Source: Elsinoe ampelina
Lineage: Eukaryota
DNA length: 64,000 nucleotides
Reading direction: 5' to 3'
NCBI GenBank assembly: GCA_010093995.1
Contig: ML992503.1
Coordinates: forward strand, 1,863,328 to 1,927,327
The notes below the pieces were generated by a model. That model made no database searches. It was not told the origin of the DNA and saw only the letters and a list, made by a program, of their open reading frames with translations. The position numbers and the translations under genes are program-made. Positions 22,232 through 34,819 of the stretch are shown in pieces (the stretch's first letter is position 1; each line of letters begins with the position of its first letter).

Positions 22232-23678
22232 TAGCTGAAGGGAGATGAGATTGTGCGTGAACCGGTGACACGAATTTACGGAATATTGGACAATGACGAG
22301 ATGACGAGATGCCTCCTTTCCTGCGTGTGACCTTTGTGAGGGCAGAAAGTTGGTTCGGCGCGGAAGGAACCAAAGAAAGGCAAACACCAAGCGCGCCGAG
22401 TTTATCTCGACAATTGCGTTCTCGGGCAGAGTATCAGAGGATACAGACTCGCCAAAAGCAAGGCCGTCTTCGCGTGGAATCTGGGGAAACACTGTACTTG
22501 TGGATGGCAAACTTCGTGATGCTGCACTTTCGGAGTCTCCGGACTGTGCATGCCCAAAAGAGTGTTTGTTGGTGCTGATGCTACATGGAACAGTACAGTG
22601 CTTCTAGGCGAGGCAGTCCCTGCAAAATCTCTTTACAAGGAAGAGCAGCATTGCCGTTGGGATCAAGGGTGCTGTACGATGGCAGCAAGTGTCACGCGAA
22701 TAGTAGTAAAACCCTCCTGAACAATTCCTTCCTCTGCCATCGTCAGCGACAGCGCATCAGTGCATCCAGAGTACAGTCAAGGAAGCCCCTTTGACGAGCC
22801 TCTACGCCCAAAAAAGCAACAAGCTTTTGTGTATTGCCGGGCTGGAATCGCTTCTTCGTTCTGGCTACTCCTCTCTTGCACAGAAGCGCACTTCTTTGGT
22901 TCCACTGTTCCACTCCCCTCCTGCTCTCGCACCCTCGCCGCCGACTCTGGCTCGCCCTCTGGCTGTGCCAATCTCAATCTCGACTCTCCCCTTACTCGAC
23001 CTCCCACACGCAGTACGCTCCCAAATGCAGGAGCATAACACGGCCATCGGCTCCCTGCCCGTCCAGTAACGCAAAGAAGGCCCTTCCGCCCTCGCTGTCG
23101 CAGCTGCAGCCGTTGGACCGTCGTTGCTCTCGTCGTTAGACTCCCGCCCGCCAGCATTCCACTTCCATCACAACCGTATCCCATCCGTCGCCCGTCTCGT
23201 CTCGTCTCGTCTCGACTCTTTCCTCTTCCCTCCACGACCTCGTCATTCGTCCACTGACACCGGCCCCTACTGGACAAACTACTGGTCCCACGCCGTTCGA
23301 CTTTACCCAGCAGCCAACCCCATCTCAGTATCCACCTGCGACATTGACACCAGACATTGCAACGACTACATAGGCTTTCCATACCCGCCATCCGCTCCCT
23401 CCGCCCCGAGTCCAGAGTCCTTTTGACCGGCCCATTCTCTCATCTGGATCATCCTTTTCTCTCATCCACCTTCAATCTCAAGCCCAACTCCGAAACACCC
23501 ACACTCCTTTTGGGAACTTGGAATGTCGACCGCTCTCTACACTCTCTGCTAATACAATCAGTCAATCCTTGGCTGCTTCCATCATCGTCCCTCGACACTC
23601 GTTGCCCATTAGCCCCTGTCCTTTCGTCATTACAGCAATTAGCAGCATCACACGACATACCTAATCATCCTACGCACC

Positions 23679-25997
23679 ATGCAGTCGACAAACTTCAACC
23701 TCCACAGCACTTACAAACCCGTCGAATCATTCAGTGGCCCGTCAACGACAAGACCGATTGATATTCCCTCCAAGCGTCCTTCATCGAGGCACGAGTTTCC
23801 CCCGACCGTCCCTTCCCAGCCGGCCGACAAACTCGTCAACAGAAAGAGACGGGACAACGTACATTTTAGGGACGTGCAGTGGGGTTCCAAGCAGCAAGAA
23901 ATCGCTGAACGGGAACAGTTGGCTCTCTCATACGGGCGTGTGGGATCGCCTGCTCGATCCAATTCGTCCAGCAGCAAGAAACGGGAGGGCAAGGAGACTG
24001 GCATCTTCAGGAGGACTTCCGTCTCGTGCAAGAACAAGTTCCAAAAGGCTATCGCTGGAAGAAGCCGGAGGTCCTCAGCCGATCACATGGAGGGTGTCGA
24101 AGAGACTACTTATCCCGAGGCCAGCTCATTCTATCAGACACAGTCTCGTGGCACCTTCATGGACCGCATCACCCACCCCAAGGGCATGTTGTCCAACCTC
24201 AAGGTCTCTAGGTATGACACACCACAACCTATCCACGGCGCCTCGGCATCGAGTGCTGCACGCCTCTTCTCCCAACGACCTGTATCCGCACAATTCTATG
24301 AGTCTCAACTACCTACAATCAGTCAACACTACGATTCGAGGGGAGGATACGCTGCTCGCAAGGCCGCAGCAGCTGCTAGAGACGGCATGCGTTCAGGCCT
24401 GCCACCTTCTCCACCCTCGCCCTTCAACTACCTCGAAACACGCGAGCAGAACCGACGAAGACTCGGGAGCAATTCCAGTGCAGCCGACAGCGGCGCTGAC
24501 ATCTGCTCAAGTTCCGACATTGACATGATCGACCTGCCCGAACAATTCGTGGCCAAGCGTGATCCCATGTCCCACCTCCCCCTCGAACTGAACGCCCTCA
24601 TCTTCTCGCATCTCGACGCTGCCAGTCTCCGTTCTTGTCAAAAGATTGGTCCCTGGAGAAATCTGGCTTCGGATCCTCTCGTCTGGCGTGGAGAGTACCT
24701 CCGAAATTTTAACAAGGAGAACTACGTCTCTCCGGCTCCTATCCAGATCGGTGGTGTCGGAATCGGCATGCCAGGCCAGCAGTTGCAGAACTGGGAGCTG
24801 ATGCACAGCGCAAGAGAACAGATCAACACAAACTGGGCTAATGCCAAGGGCCGCGCCATCTACATGGCCGGCCACACTGACAGTGTCTACTGCGTTCAGT
24901 TTGACGAGCAGAAGATCATCACTGGTTCTAGGGACAGGACCATCCGTGTCTGGGATCTCAACACCCACCGCTGCATCAAAGTCATTGGTGGACCTACAGT
25001 CCGCCCGACACCTGGTCCTCGTGTCCTTCGCACCGTCGATTATCCTTCATTCCACCACGCAGAGGCCAGCGTCAACGGTACTGCATACGGTCACAACATC
25101 TACCACGTGCCGTCTGACTTCCACTCCGCTTCCATTCTGTGCCTTCAGTACGACGAGGAGATTCTCGTGACTGGATCCAGCGATAATGATTTGATCGTCT
25201 GGGATGTCAAGACATACGAGCCCATCCAGAGGCTGAAGCACCACCAGGGAGGTGTTCTCGATGTCGCTTTTGACGCCAAGCACATCGTCTCCTGCTCCAA
25301 GGATTGCACCATTGTCGTTTGGGACCGCAAGACTCTCAAGCCCCTCCGCACACTCACTGGACACAATGGCCCTGTCAACGCCGTCCAGCTCCGTGGCAAC
25401 CTCCTCGTCTCTGCTTCTGGCGATGGTGTCGCTCGTCTCTGGGATCTTAACAAGATGGAGTGCGTCCGCGAGTTCCCGGCAAAGGAACGCGGTCTTGCGG
25501 CTGTCGAGTTCAGTGATGACGCCAAGTACGTCCTCGCTGGTGGTAACGATCACGTCACCTACAAGTTCGAGGTTGCAACTGGCAAAGAGGTCCTTCAATA
25601 CTCTGGCCATACTCAGCTCGTCCGTTCCCTCTTCCTCGATACCCAGAACAGGCGTGTCGTGTCTGGATCCTACGATCTGGATCTTCGCGTCTACGACTAC
25701 GACACTGGTGCCACCATCGCCGTCTTTGCCGAGTGGACCACGAGCTGGATGTTGGCCGCTAAGTGCGACTACCGCCGTATCGTGAGCACCAGCCAGGACG
25801 GACGTATCTTGCTGATTGATTTTGGTATTAACCAAGACGGTCAGAAGGTCGAAGGAGTGGACCTTTTGGGGGGCTGCGAGCCCTGGGTCCATGAGGAGCT
25901 GTAAGTTACTCAATCTTCTGGCTGACATGAGCATGAACTGACAAGTAACAGTGATCGTCTCTACCCAAGCTTCAACTCCAGCGTCCCCAAGAATTAG
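23679..25997 (+). CDS. F-box/WD40 protein (beta-TrCP/FWD-1-like SCF substrate receptor); unspliced form ends at 25904
   Basis: F-box DPMSHLPLELNALIFSHLD; WD repeats (GHTDSVYCVQFD, TGSRDRTIRVWD, GHNGPVNAVQ). Probable terminal intron 25901-25951. Confidence 0.9.
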
Positions 25998-26634
25998 AAG
26001 AAGAAGAGGACGTGATGGAACGATGTGCCCGACAAACGGCACGCAAAGTGTCCAGAAGATCAGGAACCGAAACAACTCGAATGAGTACAAACCTAATAGC
26101 GAGGTGTCGGTGCATTTGCATATTGCATAGCAAAACGGCGTATTCTTGGGCGGGCGGGGCATTCAGCAAAGTCACAGCATGACTATGGCATTCCAGATCA
26201 GGTGATCTGAGTCTCTCGTTCCCAAACATCGGTCAGCGTGGCGTTTTTGAGGTCAATCACGACCGGTCGAAAAGTCCGCGAGTCTTTTCATCTTGATACT
26301 GATATCAGGAGGGGCTTTGACGAGACGGCTTTTGGACATTTCTACAAGGGACAAATCGATGGACAGCAGTTCTAAACTCACATTGAACACCTAAGAACGT
26401 CTGAGATCTCAGTGTCTTGTCAAATAATACGTGTGAGCATTCCCGTCGACTGGTTTAGCCCGATACCCTCAGACGTCGCACCTTTTCACGATCCTTGATA
26501 TAAGTCACGTGATCCGGCCGGCGAAACTTTTCTCCCTCGTCCGGATGTCGCCAAGCCCCAACTTTTTCGCTACAACGATCCAAACAGCTTCAATCTACCA
26601 CTCCGCTCGATCACGTCCATTGACCTCCGCAACC

Positions 26635-27437
26635 ATGGCCGCCGCTCTCAACAAGATCGCTGCGAACAGCCCATCAAGGCAGAACCCTTCCGAGATTGAG
26701 ACCAACATCGCCAACGCCCTGTATGAGCTCGAGACCAACATCCCAGACATGCGCAGTGCCTTGAGGCCTCTGCAGTTTGTCTCTGCCCGCGAGGTACGAT
26801 TGACCCGAACAACACCCAAAGAATGAGAAGGACACATCACAATGGACTCCCCTTGATACCCCTACACATACAACCGAAGAGGCGTTGGGCACTGGGCGGC
26901 ATAAATGCTGACACCAGGACTCTTACAGATCGAGGTCGGTCACGGCAGAAAGGCGATTGTCATCTTCGTCCCCGTCCCGCTACTCCAAGGCTGGCACAGG
27001 TCGCAGCAGCGGTGAGCTCTCCTTCTCCCTGTGTTTTCCTCCTTCATCCATTCTAATTGACCCCCTCCAGCCTCACCCGCGAACTTGAGAAGAAGTTCTC
27101 AGACCGCCACGTCCTCATCGTCGCCTCCCGCCGCATCCTGCCTCGCCCCAAGCGCTCCAACCGCAGCCGCACCACCCAGACCCAGAAGCGTCCTCGCAGC
27201 CGCACACTTACCGCCGTGCACGACGCCATCCTCGCCGACTTGGTTTACCCCGTCGAGATTGTGGGCAAGAGGACCCGCACGAGGGAGGACGGGAGCAAGA
27301 TCTTGAAGATTGTGCTCGACGAGAAGGAGAGGGGTGGTGTGGATTACAGGCTCGACACGTATTCGGAGGTGTACAAGAGGTTGACGGGTAAGGGGGTGAA
27401 TTTCGAGTTTCCTCAGGCTGCTGGTGGGGAGTACTAG
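26635..27437 (+). CDS. rps7: 40S ribosomal protein S7 (eS7)
   Basis: Motifs [39 protein letters not shown]. Introns 26794-26928 and 27012-27070. Confidence 0.97.
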
Positions 27438-27605
27438 AGGGGATTAGCATGATGCTCTAGGTGTCAGGGAGGGAAAAGCATTTGTGCGATATGCACCGGT
27501 TCTTCAAGGTCACATGAGCGTGAATGAATGGACCAAGTCACTTTCCAACCTTGCTTTTCATTACGTTGGTTTGCTATGCACATGTCCATTCACATTTTCC
27601 ATGAT

Positions 27606-29062
27606 CTACTCGAGAGTCCACTGTCCGTCCTTCTCGACGATCTTGACACTCCTCTTCTCGTCCAAACTCACCCTGCCAGCGTGCAGGATGGCCCCCGTAG
27701 CAATCGTGTTTTTCAACGTCGGCAGGCCCCTCTTGTCCAGCTCATCCAGCGACACGACACCGTCCTTGAGATCCGTCACGGCGTCGACGAACTTTTCAAA
27801 CGACACGTAGCCGTAGCCCGACTGGCCGGCAAAGTTGCCGCGCTCGTCAGGGGCGTACTTCATGTAGAAGCTAGAAGCAAACGTCAGCCGAAGCCCACGG
27901 CATATCGTGAGCAAAGAGAGAAGAAGAAGGGTGAACACTCACGGATTGAACCAGGCAATCCCCTCCCCGTCGACCGTAACATCATACCCCCTCTTCGCCT
28001 GATCAACACGCACCTCGCCCCCGTCGGCCAAGTAATGAAAGTACTGATTACTATGCACGCCCGCCTTCTTCGGCGCCGTCCAACTCGCGGTGTAAACCCC
28101 CGTGGCCCGCCTCCCGCTCCCGTCCTTCTTCTCCCAGTCCACCAGCAAGGCAATCGTGTCCTCGGTGCCGGGGTCGCACCCCAGCCCGCTCGCCACCCCC
28201 GTGCTCCCGCTCGCCGTCACCTTGATCGGCCTGTAGTTGGGCACCATGCTCTCGCAGATGTCGACGTGGTGCGAGTTGAGGTAGTACGAGATGTCGCTCT
28301 CCTTGCCGGCCCACGCCTTGAACGTCTCGAGCTGGTTCTTGGGCTGCGACATGTAGCTGTAGAAGTAGTTGAAGTCGCCCAGTTGGTGGAGGGCTTTGTG
28401 GCGGGCGTCGGCGTAGGCCGGGTCGAAGCGCTTGTGGTGCTCGATGTAGACGAAGACGTTGTTGGCGCGGGCTTTGTTCAGGAGGTCTTGGTGTTCGGAG
28501 AGGAGTTTGACGGCGGGCTTGGTGATCATTACGTGGATTTTGCGCTCGATGGCGTAGAGAGCGATGGGGTAGTGGGTTGGGTCCGGGGTGAAGATGGTGA
28601 TGGCGTCGCCGGGGGAGAGGGCGTCGATGGCGGTCTTGTAGGCCGAGGGGTCGCGTTGGTCGTTGGGTGGGAAGGAGTCGAAGGAGGTGTCGAGGCCGTT
28701 GTAGGCTTCGGTGATGTTCTTTTGGAGGTGCTCCCCTGGATGGGGTTAGTGGGTGGGCTTCAGAGGATAGCTCGGGGTACGAAGGGTGTCTCTCCTGAGC
28801 ATGCTGAAGAGCCAATGCCACGGCAGAGCTAGGAAACTTGCGATACAGGACAGAAGGAAGAACGAGTGCACTCACTGATTGCAGGAAACTTGTTGCCAGT
28901 GGTTCCCACCATGGACAGCTTTCCAACCTTGCCTCGTCGTCGAAGATCAAACAGAGTCAATCCGACAACACCGACCTTCTTGTCTGACCCGGAAGCTCCA
29001 CCTCCAACGAATCCGGTCGTGTACTCTCCAGTACCGACCATCAACACGTTCAATGGCGCCAT
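27606..29062 (-). CDS. gaaA: D-galacturonate reductase (Gfo/Idh/MocA family)
   Basis: N-terminus [12 protein letters not shown]...[21 protein letters not shown], plus EHHKRFDP. Introns 28736-28875 and 27871-27942. Divergent from gaaC. Confidence 0.9.
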
Positions 29063-29699
29063 ACTTGCGGTTTCTGTGGTATTTCTTGTGCGGGTGGTAT
29101 AGCAAAAGTTGAGGCGGGGTAGATGGAGGGGCAGGGATCAAAAAGATGGATACTCGAGCGGACGTCAACACCGCTCCTTTTCAACAATTGTCTCTTGAGC
29201 TGAACAAGTATGTCGCAAATTGAAAGGCGTCTCGCACCAGCCGTCGCCCGGCGAGTGAATTGTAAATTCTTCCGCCGTGGCACGCGCATTTCCATCGTTT
29301 CATACCCCGACGCGACAAGTCTTTGTGGGGAGGGCTATTGCCGGCCCACATGGCGGAGGTCTCTTGCGGCGTTTCTGGGCCCTGATTGGTGCGAAAATAG
29401 CCCGGCACCTTTTCTCCTCGAGAGCTGTTTGCCCGCAAAGGGAAATCTGTTTGGCACGATTGAAGCAATCTCACAGAAATGTCCGCCGGACTAAAAGACG
29501 GCGAGACATGGCAGGGTGACGAGGGTTGTGGAATCTCGGAAAAGTCGATATAGAAAAGCCAGGAGCCGTCTCGAGCACTGTCCATTTCCTGCTCTTTTGA
29601 TTCTTTTGCTCTTATACCCCTCCACCCCACCTTCATACCAAAATTGACCCATCATCGACTTCACCACTTCACCGACACCACCACAACACCACCACCACC
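29063..29699. promoter_or_regulatory. Bidirectional gaaA-gaaC promoter
   Basis: 637 bp between head-to-head ATGs. This arrangement is known from other ascomycetes. Confidence 0.8.
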
Positions 29700-30671
29700 A
29701 TGTCTACCAACGGCTCCACCAAGTCCCGCACCCCTCTCCGGGCCGGCATCTACGCTCCCACCATGACCTTCTTCGACCGCACCACCGAAGACCTCGACAT
29801 CCCAACCATCAAAAAACACGCCGTCTTCCTCGCCAAAGCCGGCCTCGTAGGCCTCGTCACCATGGGCTCCAACGGCGAAGCCGTGCACCTCTCCCGGGAA
29901 GAAAAGGCCCAAGTCACGCGGGCCACGCGCGAGGCCCTCGACGAAGCAGGCTTCTCCTCGGTCCCCGTCATCGCGGGAGCAAGCGACATGTCCGTCCGGG
30001 GCACGCTGCAGAACATCACCGACGCGGCCGGGGCCGGGGCGGAGTACGTCTTGCTTTTGTCGCCGAGTTACTACCGGTACGCGATGAATGATGGGGCCTT
30101 GTACGAGTACTTCACTTCCGTGGCGGACAAGAGTCCTCTCCCGATTATCCTGTACAATTACCCTGGTGCTGTCGCCGGCATTGATCTGGATTCGGACCTC
30201 ATGATCAAGTTGGCCGGGAACAAGAATATCATTGGTGCAAAGTTCACGTGTGGTAACACGGGCAAGCTGTCGAGGGTGGCGCAGGAGTTGGAGGCGGCGA
30301 ACGCGAAGGGGACTGGGGCGGGCGAGTGGATGGCGTTTGGAGGTTTCGCGGACTTCACGATGCAGTGTGCTGCGTCGGGGGCGAGTGGAATCATCGCGGG
30401 TGGTGCCAATGTTTGGCCGAAGATGTGTGTCAAGGTGTGGGAGTTGTGGAAGGCGGGCAAGGTTGAGGAAGCGATCAAGTTGAATGAGGTCCTCACCAAG
30501 GCGGATTGGATCTTGACGAGAACAGCTATTCCAGGTACAAAGGCGGCGATTGAGATTGCGTATGGCTATGGCGGTGTGCCGAGGAGGCCGTTGCAGCCAC
30601 TCAGCTCGGAGAAGCACAAGGAGTTGGAAGGATTGGTCAAGGAGTACCTCAAGACGGAACAGAGCTTGTAG
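29700..30671 (+). CDS. gaaC: 2-keto-3-deoxy-L-galactonate (L-threo-3-deoxy-hexulosonate) aldolase, DHDPS family
   Basis: Motifs GIYAPTMTFF, MGSNGEA, LYNYPGAVAGID, GAKFTCGNTGKL. Confidence 0.92.
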   Translation: MSTNGSTKSRTPLRAGIYAPTMTFFDRTTEDLDIPTIKKHAVFLAKAGLVGLVTMGSNGEAVHLSREEKAQVTRATREALDEAGFSSVPVIAGASDMSVRGTLQNITDAAGAGAEYVLLLSPSYYRYAMNDGALYEYFTSVADKSPLPIILYNYPGAVAGIDLDSDLMIKLAGNKNIIGAKFTCGNTGKLSRVAQELEAANAKGTGAGEWMAFGGFADFTMQCAASGASGIIAGGANVWPKMCVKVWELWKAGKVEEAIKLNEVLTKADWILTRTAIPGTKAAIEIAYGYGGVPRRPLQPLSSEKHKELEGLVKEYLKTEQSL

Positions 30672-30761
30672 ATGTGCTATGTAGATGATGAATAAAATTG
30701 CATGACCCTTCCCTCGCTTCTCGAATGAATGACTTGGTGTTGTCGGAGTGCTGTGTTCCTC

Positions 30762-32786
30762 TCAGACAACGGCCAGAAGCTTGCCGGCGTCGACTCGTCC
30801 AAAGCCTTGTCCGAACCGATGTCCACCACCGCTTGCCAACAGACCCTTCATGACCTGAGCATGCATATCTGCCTTGACTTTCACCTCTTCAGTCATCACC
30901 GTACCACTGTCTTTACCACCCCAAGGTCGGGTCTCAACTTCACACACGGTTCCTTCTGCTGGCAGCGTGCCATCGAAAAAGTACTTGTGAATATAGTCGA
31001 ACGTGCAGGGACTGTATGCCGCCAAGCTGCAATGACCAGGGCTGTTCTGCGTCAAGACCCTGGCTCCTTCAAAGCCGCGAGCCATCTTCTTGGCAGACCA
31101 GAGAGGTGTGACTGGGTCTGCAGTGTTGCCAATCATGAGCAAAGGGTGAGATGTCTTGCCAACCCAAGGTCCTCGAAAGGCATAGCCAGGTCGAAGTGTA
31201 TAACCGATACAGGGAAGGGCGATGCCGGACCACATGTCCCCCAGTGTTGGGGAGAGCTCCATAATAGTCTTGACCTTGTCTGCGAATTGATCACGGGTCA
31301 TGTCTGTGATGGAGTAGCCGTCCGCACACGCAATCGCAGAGCCGGTGAACGGATCCTTCGAAGAAAACGTTGCAGACGAGTTGCGAAGGGGTATGGCATC
31401 TTTGGTCTGAGCACCCGACTCTGAAGCGGGGCAAGAGACGGTGTGGTACGTTGACATGAGCTCTGCAAGGAGTGTTCCGTCCCCCTTTTCCAGCTGTGCC
31501 AGAACATTGGCGAGGTAGGGGAAAGACGTGATCGGCGAGTAGAGAGACGCGAAGATGAGGCCTCGAATGTCAGACCAAGAAACAACATCGGCATAGGGCT
31601 CCAGGATGGGAATAGGTGAGTGCCACATCTTCTTGAGAATGTCTTTGGTACGAGCCTGGACCTTGGCAGCAGTCGGCTTCTTCTCATCTGCCAATGGGCA
31701 GGTAGGATAGCCGACTCGAGCGCAGTGGTAGTAGAAGAGATCCATGACTGTTTCGGTGTCGCGGAGATCATCGATCCAGTCAACAGCGACGTAATCGTCT
31801 GCATCGACCACACCATCGACAATGAGTCTTTCAATCCGGTCAGGGAAGAGGGCAGCATAAGAATTGCCCAAGTATGATCCGTAGGAGAAACCCCAATATA
31901 GCAGATTGGCCTTCTTGGGTTCGACAAGAATGCTGCTTCCCAGCTTCTTCAGCTCTCGTGCTCTCCATCTGGCTGAAGCTTCAGTAAGCTCAAGCATATC
32001 GCGAGCCACGGACGCAGTCGTGAGAAAGTGTTGTATATTGTCGTCTTCCACCTTTGAGCACTTGCCACTGGCAGCTTGCATCATTGACCACAAACGACCA
32101 AGAGCAGCATCAGAGGAAGTCACTGTACCCTCTTCGAGCTCGCGAAGGATCCATAACTTTGCCCACTGAGCAGTACCTGAGCATTGTACTGGGGGCGAGG
32201 TGAGACCGATGCCGCGAGGGTCGAATCCGACAATGTCAAAGTACCGTTCCTTTGCAAAGGGGAAGTCGCCCTGAACGATTGCTTGCAGGTGTTTCCCAGC
32301 TCTGTAAGCGAGTTCGACACCACTGCCGCCAGGGCCGCCAGGATTGATCAAGATGGGACCTCGGTACTTGGGATCGTCAACGCTGACCGTGGCAGGTATC
32401 TTGATGACTGCGAGACTGATGGTCTTATCGGTCGTGCCATTCCAGTAATCCAGTGGCAATTTTAGACGAGCGCAGTACATTCCATCATAGCAAGGAGCGT
32501 ACTCGAGTTCTGGCGTGGTGGCAATCTGGTCGCTATTAGTACGTGGTAATTGGACGTGCCATGGCACGCTTACCTTATCCCAAGAAAAGCCATTGGCATC
32601 AGACTCTGGACGATATTCTATGATAGAATACTGGCACAGTCTGATGGAGGCATGGACCAAAGCGAATGCCAGCAGCAGTCTGATGATGTGACGGAAAATC
32701 GAACGACCACGCTTTGGTGGAGCTTGTTTGCAAGGCTGCTGGTTGGGCAGCTCCTCGCGCAGTAGCAATGATTGTTTCTCGTCCAT
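30762..32786 (-). CDS. TAP-like alpha/beta hydrolase (tripeptidyl aminopeptidase-like), N-terminal membrane anchor
   Basis: Motifs NPGGPGGSG, FDPRGIG, GFSYGS, DPVTP, GHCS. Probable in-frame intron 32526-32573. Confidence 0.88.
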   Translation of the reverse strand: MDEKQSLLLREELPNQQPCKQAPPKRGRSIFRHIIRLLLAFALVHASIRLCQYSIIEYRPESDANGFSWDKVSVPWHVQLPRTNSDQIATTPELEYAPCYDGMYCARLKLPLDYWNGTTDKTISLAVIKIPATVSVDDPKYRGPILINPGGPGGSGVELAYRAGKHLQAIVQGDFPFAKERYFDIVGFDPRGIGLTSPPVQCSGTAQWAKLWILRELEEGTVTSSDAALGRLWSMMQAASGKCSKVEDDNIQHFLTTASVARDMLELTEASARWRARELKKLGSSILVEPKKANLLYWGFSYGSYLGNSYAALFPDRIERLIVDGVVDADDYVAVDWIDDLRDTETVMDLFYYHCARVGYPTCPLADEKKPTAAKVQARTKDILKKMWHSPIPILEPYADVVSWSDIRGLIFASLYSPITSFPYLANVLAQLEKGDGTLLAELMSTYHTVSCPASESGAQTKDAIPLRNSSATFSSKDPFTGSAIACADGYSITDMTRDQFADKVKTIMELSPTLGDMWSGIALPCIGYTLRPGYAFRGPWVGKTSHPLLMIGNTADPVTPLWSAKKMARGFEGARVLTQNSPGHCSLAAYSPCTFDYIHKYFFDGTLPAEGTVCEVETRPWGGKDSGTVMTEEVKVKADMHAQVMKGLLASGGGHRFGQGFGRVDAGKLLAVV

Positions 32787-33503
32787 ATCTTTGCACTCGT
32801 GTTGCTACAGAACAATGTTGAGGGAAAGAATGAGTGTGCAGAAAGAGGAGCTAAAAGAGGATGGATATGAAGCGTGCTCCTCAGGCAACCACTTGATGGC
32901 ACCAACCTGGCGTATCTTCAGAGTACCCCTCCATGCTCCATCGATCGGCTATCTCTATCCGACCGCTGATTACTCCGCCACGGAGTTCGCTACCGTCACG
33001 AACTGTCCACAAAGGTCAGCATGCAATGCCTGCTGCTGACGATGATGACTTGCCTCTGCAAAGGAGGAGTATACAGTCCCGGGCATCTTATCGTCGCCGA
33101 TTTGTAAAGACAAGAGCACGGTGAATAAGTGGGGCTAATCTGAAGGGGAGGGGCAAGCAATGGAAGCTCCGGAGCTTTGTCAAAAGGCGTTGAATGAATG
33201 CTTCATGTCCTCAGAAAGTACTCGGGCAAAATTTGGCAGAGCTGTAGACGGGTTCGAAGGACAGCAGGTACGGCAGCTTATGTCAAATGATAGCCACATG
33301 CTTTTAATGTCCAATTGATCACAATAAGTTAACCTGACTGTATCCATTCCAAGGCTGGGTATCCTCGGCTCCTGATTGGCAACCCCACGGACAGGCTGGG
33401 TGGGACGAAATGCGGCTCAACCACCTTGGACAACCACATCCAGGTCCGTCTATAACCTTGTAGCTGGTCCCACACTCGTCCTTCACCTCAGTCACGCTCA
33501 GTC

Positions 33504-34819
33504 ATGGCGCGTTCGACCCTCCAGAAGCACGTTGTGCGCTCGGTACAGCAATTGACCCGACCCTCGCAGCGATGCTTCACAACTACTCCCGAAGGCCGCA
33601 TGGCGTCCATCGCCGACCCTTCGCCGATACAGCGGAGCACCAGCCCGCTTGACCAGGCGATCAATGCAAAGGCTCCGAGGTATGACTGGACAAAGGATGA
33701 GATCAGAGAGATCTACAACACTCCTCTCATGGAACTCGCACATCAATCGGTATGTACAGCACTCCGGCGCTGACACACGGGGCTGACAGCATGACAGGGT
33801 GTGCTGCACCGGAGATTTCACTCGCCATCGGCTGTGCAGATGTGCACTCTCATGAACATCAAGACCGGTGGCTGCTCCGAAGACTGCTCGTACTGCGCTC
33901 AATCTACCCGATACAATACCGGTCTCAAAGCCACAAGAATGTCCCCAGTCGACGAGGTGCTGGAAAAGGCTCGGATAGCAAGAGATAACGGAAGCACAAG
34001 ATTCTGCATGGGCGCCGCATGGAGGGACATGAGGGGCAGGAAGACGAGTTTGAAAAACGTAAAAGCAATGGTGCAGGGTATTAGAGATATGGACATGGAG
34101 GTCTGCGTCACGCTCGGCATGATTGATCAGAACCAGGTATGTCAGCGGGAAGAGCACAAGAAGAAACAGATGATTGACACCAACAGGCCGATGAACTCAA
34201 AGAAGCTGGACTTACTGCGTACAACCACAACCTAGACACGTCGAGAGAGCACTACCCAAGTGTCATTACCACCAGAACCTACGACGAGCGTCTGCAGACA
34301 CTGTCAAATGTCCGACAAGCTGGCATCAACGTCTGCTCTGGAGGTATCCTCGGTCTCGGAGAGAAGCCAGAAGACCACGTCGGTTTAATCTACACCGTAG
34401 GAACTCTACCAGCACACCCCGAGTCATTCCCAGTCAATGCTCTGGTCCCGATCAAAGGAACACCACTGGGAGACAACCCCGACCGGAAACGCATCGGCTT
34501 CGATGCCATCCTTAGGACCATCGCTACCGCACGTCTTGTCATGCCAGCCACAATTATCCGCATTGCAGCAGGTCGAACAACCATGAGCGAAGCCGAGCAA
34601 GTCCTGTGCTTCTCGGCAGGCGCTAACGCCATCTTCACTGGCGAGAAGATGCTGACAACCGAGTGCAATGGTTGGGACGAAGACAAGACCATGTTTGCCA
34701 AGTTTGGCCTCAAGCCTATGAAACCATTTGAGCGAGGCGAGTACCGAGAAGTAGCAGTCGAGGACATGGCGCTGGGTATGGATGAGACGCCAGCGCAACG
34801 GCAGCAAGCAGCGCTGTAA
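33504..34819 (+). CDS. bio2: Biotin synthase (radical SAM), mitochondrial
   Basis: Motifs CSEDCSYC, RFCMGAAWRD, YNHNLDTS. Introns 33750-33797 and 34137-34186. Confidence 0.96.

Noticed and set aside
26794..26928. snoRNA in the longer rps7 intron
   Set aside because: No RUGAUGA C box, and no convincing H/ACA double hairpin is visible.
27528..28832. Long antisense ORFs (also 38455-39717, 29661-30617, 19588-20493, 25047-26162)
   Set aside because: Shadow ORFs of GC-rich, codon-biased genes on the opposite strand, with no independent motifs.
12430..30671. Single supercluster joining the polyol cluster and gaaA-gaaC
   Set aside because: They are separated by unrelated genes (membrane protein, F-box/WD40, rps7), and I saw no shared promoter motif; proximity may be chance.
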